Shown here in pieces: positions 57,181 through 64,000 of a stretch of DNA of 64,000 bases. The stretch's first letter is position 1. Each line of letters starts with the position of its first letter. The translations under genes were made by a program, and so were the position numbers. Source of the stretch: a bacterium (GTDB lineage: Bacteria > Patescibacteriota > Minisyncoccia > Phycocordibacterales > UBA2100); NCBI GenBank assembly GCA_030648265.1, contig JAUSHX010000028.1:249-64248 (forward strand). The letters are read 5' to 3'. The notes under the pieces were generated by a model, which saw only the letters and a list, made by a program, of their open reading frames with translations, was not told the origin of the DNA and searched no databases.

Positions 57181-57471
57181 ATGCAGGAAGAAATCCTTCG
57201 CCTTGAAAAGGATAATAATCGCATGCTTCATAGCATGCGTCGCACCGCATTCTGGGGCGGCGTATTTAAGCTCATCCTATGGGCTGGCCTTATTGCGGCG
57301 CCAATCTGGCTCTATGCAACATACCTCGCGCCAATCGTTCAAAGTGTTCAGCAGACGGTGAATCAGGTTCAGAACACAGGCACAAATGCGCAGGCACAGG
57401 TGAACGGTTTTGGGGACGCGCTCCAGCAATTTGAAACAAAATTTATGTCCATGTTCCAGGGGAAGAAGTGA
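57181..57471 (+). CDS. hypothetical small membrane protein
   Basis: MQEEILRLEKDNN.. plus one TM segment. The upstream part of the ORF-track entry (57016) overlaps tRNA-Arg. Confidence 0.4.
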   Translation: MQEEILRLEKDNNRMLHSMRRTAFWGGVFKLILWAGLIAAPIWLYATYLAPIVQSVQQTVNQVQNTGTNAQAQVNGFGDALQQFETKFMSMFQGKK

Positions 57472-57505
57472 AAAATTAGTTCTAATATGGTAGATTGTCC
57501 AGACT

Positions 57506-57581
57506 GCTTGGGTAGCTCAGTTGGTAGAGCGCGGCCCTGAAGAGGCTGAGGTCCCCGGTTCGATCCCGGGCCCAAGCACCA
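57506..57581 (+). tRNA. tRNA-Phe (GAA), CCA encoded
   Basis: GCTTGGGTAGCTCAGTTGGTAGAGCGCGGCCCTGAAGAGGCTGAGGTCCCCGGTTCGATCCCGGGCCCAAGCACCA. Confidence 0.9.
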
Positions 57582-57586
57582 AAATT

Positions 57587-58168
57587 TCAGAACCCAAGCG
57601 TGTAGGTGAGAGCGCTTCCGTTTCCTTTTAGCCACTTTGAAGTGTCTAACTTTACTTCGCGCACTTTGCCCAGTTCGCTGTACCTTACGTGTCCGTTCGC
57701 CAGCGCGTAATCAAATAATTCTCGCGTAATCTCCACATCCTTCAGACAGTATTTCCGGACTTTATCAACTTCGCCTGCCCGCCACCATTTAAGCGATTGC
57801 GCGCCGTCTGCAGACTTCTTCTTTCCCAAAGTTCCGTCAGCAATCGCATCCAGCCGCAGACGGCGTCCCACGACGTCCTGAACTTCTTTCATGATGTCCA
57901 GGCTCCGTATGCGGGTCAAATCGCCCGGATAATATTTGTTGAGGAGGGGAATGTCAAAATGGTCGGAATTATAACCCACAAGAAGGTCGGTACGCTCCAG
58001 TATTTTCCACAGCTGCGGCAATTCCGGCTCAAGAAAGCTTTTGTACTCGCCGGTTTCGGAATCGTGAATACACACGAGTGCAATGGTGAGGTCCGCGGGT
58101 TGGGAGGTACCGACATCCGACATCCAGTTCGCCGTTTCAATGTCAAAAGTAATGATGCGCATGCTCAA
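57587..58168 (-). CDS. DEDD-type 3'-5' exonuclease (RNase H-like fold)
   Basis: IITFDIET ... GYNSDHFDIPLL ... YCLKDVEIT. Confidence 0.65.
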   Translation of the reverse strand: MSMRIITFDIETANWMSDVGTSQPADLTIALVCIHDSETGEYKSFLEPELPQLWKILERTDLLVGYNSDHFDIPLLNKYYPGDLTRIRSLDIMKEVQDVVGRRLRLDAIADGTLGKKKSADGAQSLKWWRAGEVDKVRKYCLKDVEITRELFDYALANGHVRYSELGKVREVKLDTSKWLKGNGSALTYTLGF

Positions 58169-58238
58169 GGTGACAGGTGTCAGGTGATAGGTTATAGAAG
58201 ATCCTTATAATTTGCGTTGTGCCTGGCACCTGAAACCT

Positions 58239-59549
58239 CTAACCTAATGAGCTGAACAAATGTTCTGCAATTCTGTCAGATGGCAGGGTGAGCTCGTTGC
58301 CGGTGGCGAGATTCTTTATCGTGTAGCGCCCGGATTCTCTCTCTTGCGCTCCAATAGCGATAACGAACGGCACCTTCATTTTATCGGCTTGGCGTATCTG
58401 GTCGCCGATGCGTTTTCCGGAGAAGTTCACGGCGACATTTACATCTTCTCTCCGCAGTTCTTGGGCGAGGCGCATAGCGTGCGGGAGGGCCGCGGTATCT
58501 ACAACGCACAACATGAGTTCTGTCGCCGGAGCATACACGGGTAACAGGTTATGCGCCTCAAGGAAATCGCGCGCGGTGACATCGCCCATTCCAAAACCGA
58601 CGGCCGGAATAGAAGAGCCACCTCCGCCAGAGGCGGATCCTCCTCCGGAGGAGAAGAGCGAAAGCAGGTTGTCGTATCGCCCTCCGCCGAAAATTGACCT
58701 CCTGTTATTTTCGTCGGTGTCATAAACCTCAAACACCATGCCCGTGTAGTAGTCAAATCCGCGCGTTATTTTCGTGTCTACAACCATGTTGTGCACGCCC
58801 ATCGATTCAAGCTGCGTGCGCAATTCTTCCAGATATGCCGTGCTCGTCGTGCGCTCCAAAAGTTCCAATAGTTGTTCTGCTTTCTTGTTGCCCACCAGTG
58901 CCGGAAGTTTCTTATTAAAATCGGGACTTTTCCCGCGCGTGTCCAGGAGCCGCGTCAGTTGAGCACGAATCTCCGCATCAATCTCCACAGAATCATAAAT
59001 TGAATCAATAATCCGGCGGTCGGAAACGCGTATCTCAAAATTCCGCTCATCGGCTCCGAGCGAACGCATAACGCTGTGCGCGAGCGTGATGATTTCCGCA
59101 TCCGCTTCAACGCCGGAGGCACCCACTATATCGGCGTTCAACTGCCAGTGTTCGCGCAGGCGCCCGCGCTGCGGCCGTTCATAGCGGAACATGTTTGCGA
59201 TTGAGTACCACCGGGCTGGAAGTGATATTTCCCGCGCCTTGCTTGCCACCATGCGTGCGAATGTCGGAGTCATTTCAGGCCTCAGGGTTACCTCGCGGTC
59301 GCCGCGGTCTTTAAATGTATACGTCTGGTCATTGACTATTTCCTCGGAAGTCTTGCCACGATAGAGCTCACTCGGTTCCAATACGGAAGCGCTGTACTCC
59401 TCATAGCCAAAAAGCTCGCAGACGCGCTCCATGTGTTCAAAGAGGTAGCGTAAAACAAATTGGTCTTCGGGGTAAAAATCGCGGACGCCCTTGTATGGTT
59501 CAGAAGAAAGTTTCTCACCTCGTTTAGCCATTGGCATATTATGCACCAA
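58239..59549 (-). CDS. hisS: histidyl-tRNA synthetase (with Gly/Ser-rich insertion)
   Basis: GVRDFYPED, class II aaRS motifs, RYERPQRGR, a GGGSASGGGGSS insert and a C-terminal anticodon-binding domain. Confidence 0.9.
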   Translation of the reverse strand: MVHNMPMAKRGEKLSSEPYKGVRDFYPEDQFVLRYLFEHMERVCELFGYEEYSASVLEPSELYRGKTSEEIVNDQTYTFKDRGDREVTLRPEMTPTFARMVASKAREISLPARWYSIANMFRYERPQRGRLREHWQLNADIVGASGVEADAEIITLAHSVMRSLGADERNFEIRVSDRRIIDSIYDSVEIDAEIRAQLTRLLDTRGKSPDFNKKLPALVGNKKAEQLLELLERTTSTAYLEELRTQLESMGVHNMVVDTKITRGFDYYTGMVFEVYDTDENNRRSIFGGGRYDNLLSLFSSGGGSASGGGGSSIPAVGFGMGDVTARDFLEAHNLLPVYAPATELMLCVVDTAALPHAMRLAQELRREDVNVAVNFSGKRIGDQIRQADKMKVPFVIAIGAQERESGRYTIKNLATGNELTLPSDRIAEHLFSSLG

Positions 59550-59701
59550 AAATGCGTACGGGGAAGTGTAATGGACAATAGCAATTTGTTTTCGTCGAAA
59601 ATCTCCTGATTTTCGACGCGATTTTTGCTCCTTGGATTACCAAGGAAAAAATCGTTTGCAAAATGGCTTTAATACGATATAGTCTTGGGCACAAACCAGA
59701 T

Positions 59702-59809
59702 ATGTCGCAGGATCAACTTTTTAAACTCGCGTGTGCAAAGTGCGGCTGTATTAATGCCGACGTTACAGTCGGCACCCCGACCGCAGAGCGCGTCGGGGCT
59801 ATTGGCTAA
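59702..59809 (+). pseudogene. duplicated 5' fragment of rpmG (first 18 codons) followed by two hairpins
   Basis: MSQDQLFKLACAKCGCIN.. against the genuine MSQDQLFKLACTKCGRIN. Then GCCGAC-GTTACA-GTCGGC and CCCCGAC-N10-GTCGGGG. Confidence 0.55.
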
Positions 59810-59819
59810 CTTTTATCGT

Positions 59820-59978
59820 ATGTCTCAAGATCAACTTTTCAAATTAGCCTGCACAAAGTGTGGAAGAATAAATTATTGGTCGCGCAAAAACCGCAAGCTT
59901 GTCACGCGCAAAATTGAACTGAAGAAGTACTGCAAATGGTGTCGCGCTCATATTAAGCACAAGGAGGCGAAAAAGTAG
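59820..59978 (+). CDS. rpmG: 50S ribosomal protein L33 (Zn-ribbon form)
   Basis: 52 aa, CTKCG...CKWC. Confidence 0.85.
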   Translation: MSQDQLFKLACTKCGRINYWSRKNRKLVTRKIELKKYCKWCRAHIKHKEAKK

Positions 59979-60115
59979 CTTCTAGCGACTAGGGGCTAGG
60001 TGATAGGAGAAAGAAGGTATGTTCCTTGGTTTGCCCAAAAAGGTAACCCGGTTGTGGACAACTGACCGTGTTAGTCCAACGATAAGGTATAATGTAACCG
60101 TAGATGTAGGTTCGT

Positions 60116-60784
60116 ATGCTCGCCAAAACATCGGAGAAGGAAAAAGCCATAAAGTTGCGGTCACGGGGTCATTCTTTGAATGAGATTTCTGATTTGCTCA
60201 AAATCTCGAAATCATCGGCCTCACTTTGGTTACGCGACGTACCTTTGTCCGAACAAGCAAGGAAAATAATCTTCCAGAAGCGCGAGCACGCTCGACTCAA
60301 ATCTGCACTAACGCACCACGCCCAGTTGCGGAAGCGACTTGATGAAGCTGAAGCATTTGCAGACGAGACTGTATCAACAATAAAGTTGGACAAGGCAATG
60401 TCTCGGGTAATGTGTTCGATATTGTATTGGTGCGAGGGCGAAAAAACCAACACGGACAAAACTCTAACATTTGCCAACTCTGACCCTAAACTTATTGCAA
60501 CATTCCTGGCTATGTTAAGGAAAGGTTTCGAGATTAACGAGAAAAAGCTTAGGGTGTGCCTGCATCTCCATGATTATCATGACGAAAAGCGGCAAATCGC
60601 ATTCTGGTCACGGATAACTGGTATACCGGCTACTCAATTCTCGAAAACGTATAACAAGCCACATACGGGCAAACGTACAAAGGAAGGATATGCAGGATGT
60701 GCAAGTATACGGTATTATGACACTCGAATCGCTCGGCAGGTGCAAGCCACGGCGCGAGCGTTTCTAAGGAAAACGGGCCTATAG
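60116..60784 (+). CDS. HTH protein with possible LAGLIDADG-like homing-endonuclease core
   Basis: N-terminal HTH (GHSLNEISDLLKISKSSASLWLRD), then ILYWCEGEK ... FANSDPKLIATFLAMLRKGF ... IAFWSRITGIP. The family assignment is from memory and unverified. Confidence 0.35.
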   Translation: MLAKTSEKEKAIKLRSRGHSLNEISDLLKISKSSASLWLRDVPLSEQARKIIFQKREHARLKSALTHHAQLRKRLDEAEAFADETVSTIKLDKAMSRVMCSILYWCEGEKTNTDKTLTFANSDPKLIATFLAMLRKGFEINEKKLRVCLHLHDYHDEKRQIAFWSRITGIPATQFSKTYNKPHTGKRTKEGYAGCASIRYYDTRIARQVQATARAFLRKTGL

Positions 60785-60846
60785 TTCAATGGCTAGAATT
60801 TCTCTCTCCAAAAGAGAAGATCAAGGTTCGAATCCTTGTGGGCCCG
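60775..60846 (+). tRNA. tRNA-Trp (CCA anticodon), no encoded CCA tail
   Basis: GGGCCTATAGTTCAATGGCTAGAATTTCTCTCTCCAAAAGAGAAGATCAAGGTTCGAATCCTTGTGGGCCCG. The first 10 nt overlap the end of the preceding CDS. Confidence 0.8.
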
Positions 60847-60850
60847 CAAT

Positions 60851-61453
60851 ATGAATGAAAAAGAATATTGGAAAAATCGCTGGGTTACAGGTGAGAGGAA
60901 TCCCCCTAATCCTTTTGCGAAAAAGGCTTATGCCCTAATAAGAAAAAGGAATTATATAACCTTGCTTGATATTGGCTGTGGTGATGGCAGAGATTCACTA
61001 TATTTTGCGGAAAAAGGTCTAAGGGTTAGCGCGCTCGATTTCTCGAAAAACGGCGTTACAAACCTCAAGTCACTGAATTCGAATATCAAAACGTATGTTG
61101 GCGATATCAGAAAAATGCCATTCGGGCAAAACTCATTCGATATTGTTTATGCACATCTGAGTTTGCATTATTTCGATGACAAGGAGACTGATAAAATATT
61201 TGAGAATCTTTATCGTATTCTGAAGAAGGGCGGATTGATTTTTGTGAAATGCAAATCTACGGACGATGCGCTGTATGGTAAGGGAGAGAAACGCGGTCCC
61301 GACATGTATCGCGATGGACATTTGCGGCATTTTTTCTCAAAAGAGTACATGGCCAGTAAGATGAAGAAGTTCAAGATACTTAAACTCCGTAAGACATCGT
61401 CTGTTTACGACCTTTATAAGTCGTCCTTTATTGAGGCGATTGCTACAAAGTAA
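60851..61453 (+). CDS. class I SAM-dependent methyltransferase
   Basis: LLDIGCGDGRDSLYFAEKGLRVSALDFS motif I/II. Confidence 0.75.
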   Translation: MNEKEYWKNRWVTGERNPPNPFAKKAYALIRKRNYITLLDIGCGDGRDSLYFAEKGLRVSALDFSKNGVTNLKSLNSNIKTYVGDIRKMPFGQNSFDIVYAHLSLHYFDDKETDKIFENLYRILKKGGLIFVKCKSTDDALYGKGEKRGPDMYRDGHLRHFFSKEYMASKMKKFKILKLRKTSSVYDLYKSSFIEAIATK

Positions 61454-61508
61454 CATTTCAACGTCATAGCATCCAACTTGCTAGACTTATACCTTATAAT
61501 GCAAGGCG

Positions 61509-61832
61509 ATGCTTCACCTTCATTTACGCAAACGACTGATGGGTGCTATTGAGCCGTACCCCGCGCGTACTTTCGGGAAAAGGTTTCTTGATATCGCAGT
61601 ATATGTTGCCGGCATATTGGGTCCGGTCATGTCCCTGCCGCAAGTTATCCTCGTGTATGTCGGTCAGGATGTGGCGGGTATTTCAGTCATTTCCTGGCTT
61701 GGGTGGGCAATGCTTGATGTCCCATTCATTATCTACGGCTTTGCACATAAGGAGCGCCCGATAATAATTACGTATACGCTCTGGATGCTGATTAATTTCT
61801 CCGTGGCAATCGGGGCTGTTATTTACGGATAA
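61509..61832 (+). CDS. three-TM PQ-loop (SemiSWEET-like) membrane protein
   Basis: About 100 aa, LPQ motif in TM1 (GPVMSLPQVILVY). Confidence 0.4.
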   Translation: MLHLHLRKRLMGAIEPYPARTFGKRFLDIAVYVAGILGPVMSLPQVILVYVGQDVAGISVISWLGWAMLDVPFIIYGFAHKERPIIITYTLWMLINFSVAIGAVIYG

Positions 61833-61866
61833 ATATCTGCAGCCTTAAACCTACCGAAAACATTCT

Positions 61867-61904
61867 CATATTCTTAAGAATATGAGAATGTTTTTAGACC
61901 AAAT
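61867..61904. repeat. perfect 38-nt palindrome related to hairpin 1 of the 25.9-kb array
   Basis: AAAACATTCTCATATTCTT/AAGAATATGAGAATGTTTT compared with GACATTCTCACATTC..GAATGTGAGAATGTC. Confidence 0.85.
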
Positions 61905-61936
61905 GCGCAATTCAATGGAGGGCGTATAATGTTTGG

Positions 61937-62653
61937 ATGAAGCGGGTACTGGTTGTCGGCGGGTCTGAAGAGTATTCGGGGGCTGTATTCCTTGTTGGAA
62001 TTGCCGCCCTACGCTCGGGCGCCGAATCGGTGGTTGTGATGGCGCCGAAAAAAGTCGCCTGGGCACTGAACGCACTTTCGCCGGATTTGGTAACCCGGAA
62101 ATTGAAGGGGGAATATCTTTCGCTTTCGCACAAAATGCAGATTCTTCGCCAGCTCAAAACAGCAGATGTGCTCGTGATAGGGAACGGTACTACGACTCGG
62201 CCGGCTACAGCCGCTTTGATGCGCGCTCTGTGCGCGTGGCCCGGGAAGAAGGTGATTGACGCGGATGCGCTCAAAGTGCTTCGCGGAAACAAGACTTCAA
62301 ATGCGATTCTTACGCCCAATGCGGGCGAATGGAAATTACTGGAGAAGAACCGTGATATCAAGAAACTTCTCGCACAGAACATTGTCATTATAAAAAAGGG
62401 AATGCCGACGAAGATTATTTCCAAAACACAAACGTTTCGGCAGAAGCAAACGAACCGTGGATTGGATAAGGCCGGCACCGGCGACGTGCTTGCCGGCCTG
62501 TGCGCCGGATATCTGGCGCTGGGGCTTTCCTTATGGGATGCAGCAAAGCAGGCTTGCGAGACAGGAAATACGATTGCAGAACTTCTTACAAAGAAAAAGA
62601 AAGGGTACTATTTCCTCGCTAGCGATATTGTGCAGGAATTAAAGAAGAGTTAA
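61937..62653 (+). CDS. nnrD: ADP-dependent NAD(P)H-hydrate dehydratase (YjeF C-terminal type)
   Basis: VLVVGGSEEYSGAVFL ... GTGDVLAGL. Confidence 0.75.
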   Translation: MKRVLVVGGSEEYSGAVFLVGIAALRSGAESVVVMAPKKVAWALNALSPDLVTRKLKGEYLSLSHKMQILRQLKTADVLVIGNGTTTRPATAALMRALCAWPGKKVIDADALKVLRGNKTSNAILTPNAGEWKLLEKNRDIKKLLAQNIVIIKKGMPTKIISKTQTFRQKQTNRGLDKAGTGDVLAGLCAGYLALGLSLWDAAKQACETGNTIAELLTKKKKGYYFLASDIVQELKKS

Positions 62654-62670
62654 ACGTTCTCCCAATTTCT

Positions 62671-62712
62671 AATATTCCATATCCTACGCCATGGCGTAGG
62701 ATATGGAATATT
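62671..62712. terminator. 42-nt perfect palindrome, bidirectional terminator between convergent genes
   Basis: AATATTCCATATCCTACGCCA/TGGCGTAGGATATGGAATATT. Confidence 0.7.
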
Positions 62713-63613
62713 ATTTTTGTAGCCAATTGATTACTCGGCCAGAAATTCTATTCGTTTCCTTCGGATTTAACCATTTAATTGCTTTATTACGTCGCCAGTA
62801 AGTAATTTGCCTCTTTGCATAACGCATGCTCTCGCGCACCAACATTTCGTCAAATTCTTTGCGCGAGATTTTCTTCTGCAAAAGGAGGGCTAGAAATTTG
62901 TAATCAAGACCTAGAGATTCCATTTTTTTGTACGACAGACCTTTTTTGTGCAGAGACCTTGCCTCCGCTATCATACCTAGTCTAATTCGCGCGAATAAGC
63001 GAATAGTGATTCTCTCTTCCAATTTTTTCATAGGTAGCGCGATACCTATCCACAGCACATCATACCAAGGACCGTCCTTGGTATTGGATACATGGATATA
63101 GCCCAAAGCGGAGGCAATTTCAAGAGCACGGACAAGACGCCGTTTGTTGTGCCTGTCTATTTCTTTGGCTCGCCGGGGGTCGCGTTTTTTCAGGAGCGCG
63201 AATAATTTCTCCGCAGTCATTTTCTCAAGCTGTTCCCGAAGCTTGATGTTCATGGGTACATTTGGCAGAGCAATCCGGCCAAGCAAGGCGTCAATATAGA
63301 ATCCCGTGCCTCCGGCAACTATGGGTAATTTACCCCTACACGCAACTCGGACGGCCGTCCGAGTTGCGTGTGTTACGAAATCATGAGCAGTGAATATCCG
63401 TTTTGGAGAGACAACATCTAACAAGTGATGAGGGACGCCCCTCATTTCTTGTTTTGTTATTTTTCCCGTTCCTAAGTCCAGTCCTTTGTATACTTGCCGC
63501 GAATCTGCGGAAATGATTTCGCCCCCGAATTTGCGAGCGAGCTCAACAGCCAAGGCGCTTTTGCCGGATGCCGTAGGGCCGACAATAACAAGCACCTTTT
63601 GCCTCTTTTGCAT
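62711..63613 (-). CDS. miaA: tRNA dimethylallyltransferase
   Basis: VIVGPTASGKSALAVELA P-loop, 300 aa. Confidence 0.9.
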   Translation of the reverse strand: MQKRQKVLVIVGPTASGKSALAVELARKFGGEIISADSRQVYKGLDLGTGKITKQEMRGVPHHLLDVVSPKRIFTAHDFVTHATRTAVRVACRGKLPIVAGGTGFYIDALLGRIALPNVPMNIKLREQLEKMTAEKLFALLKKRDPRRAKEIDRHNKRRLVRALEIASALGYIHVSNTKDGPWYDVLWIGIALPMKKLEERITIRLFARIRLGMIAEARSLHKKGLSYKKMESLGLDYKFLALLLQKKISRKEFDEMLVRESMRYAKRQITYWRRNKAIKWLNPKETNRISGRVINWLQK

Positions 63614-63731
63614 GGGCTCTACAGTACAGGAACGGACAGATAAGTGCCAATATCCTGCGCAGTTGGTGGCTTGCGTATGGTTAAGCGCACCATATAATTA
63701 GATTTAATCTTAATAATTTAGAAATAACCGC

Positions 63732-64000
63732 ATGGCGTCACCAGAAAGACCAACAAGACGAGATTTTCTCAAGGGTGCTAGCGCTCTTGTGCTTGGGGCA
63801 ATAGTTCCCAAGGGAGCAAAAAGTGCAGAATCTGAACCCAAGCAAACAGAGCATAAAGAAAGTCCAGAACAGTTGAAAGACAGAAATACAACAATTGGAC
63901 TTGAGATAGGCATACTCAATTCGTTTGATGAAACTGACATAGAGCTTCTTATAAAGGAGGGGAAGTTGCCGGTTGACAAGATATTTCAATTTACCAAGGG
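63732..64000 (+). CDS. partial CDS (3' end outside window) with twin-arginine signal peptide
   Basis: MASPERPTRRDFLKGASALVLGAIVP. It is open to the end of the window and is not in the ORF track because it has no stop. Confidence 0.55.
   Translation, partial: MASPERPTRRDFLKGASALVLGAIVPKGAKSAESEPKQTEHKESPEQLKDRNTTIGLEIGILNSFDETDIELLIKEGKLPVDKIFQFTK

Noticed and set aside
56878-57250. Three overlapping minus-strand ORFs (85-117 aa)
   Set aside because: They overlap tRNA-Arg and terminator hairpins and show no protein-like features.

Overview
This 64-kb fragment is most consistent with a small-genome Patescibacteria/CPR (Parcubacteria-like) bacterium. That placement is an inference from gene content only; no database search was possible.

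Layout:
- 0-21 kb: tRNA-Ser, comF, a complete type IV pilus locus (pilM, N-like, O, pilB, a REC-domain protein, pilT, pilC, three tandem major-pilin paralogs, pilD, four minor pilins), then ligA and gatCA.
- 21.1-35.5 kb: an accessory/defence-type island that starts at tRNA-fMet. It holds a GIY-YIG gene, Fic, RadC, AbiEi/AbiEii, a T5orf172 gene, an HNH nuclease divergent from a 970-aa HTH + N4/N6-MTase + C5-MTase fusion, a truncated AlbA/HATPase_c_4 gene, a PD-ExK + MTase-like protein, and a DUF4065 (Panacea) + RelE-like pair.
- 35.7-64 kb: housekeeping genes, namely ilvD-dsrE-ilvC, an ABC ATPase, an ATP-grasp enzyme, a CDF transporter, nrdJ, RNase P RNA, an O-antigen-ligase/TPR protein, murJ, lepA, ftsB, hisS, rpmG, miaA and five further tRNAs.

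The most unusual content is non-genic:
1. A modular stop-to-start 'triple hairpin' intergenic element family. It shows compensatory base changes and abuts ATG codons.
2. A GIY-YIG nuclease module bounded by the same hairpin core and fused in frame to a minor-pilin leader. Two internally deleted copies lead the next two minor pilins.
3. Heptamer-based and other palindromes that sit in frame inside coding sequence.
4. An rnpB locus with an inverted copy of its own 3' end and two promoter/terminator-identical cassettes that carry unrelated small ORFs.
5. Partial duplicated ends of tRNA-fMet and rpmG.

All calls come from reading the sequence and the ORF track. Domain names rest on recognised motifs, not on searches. 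RNA ends are accurate to within a few nt.
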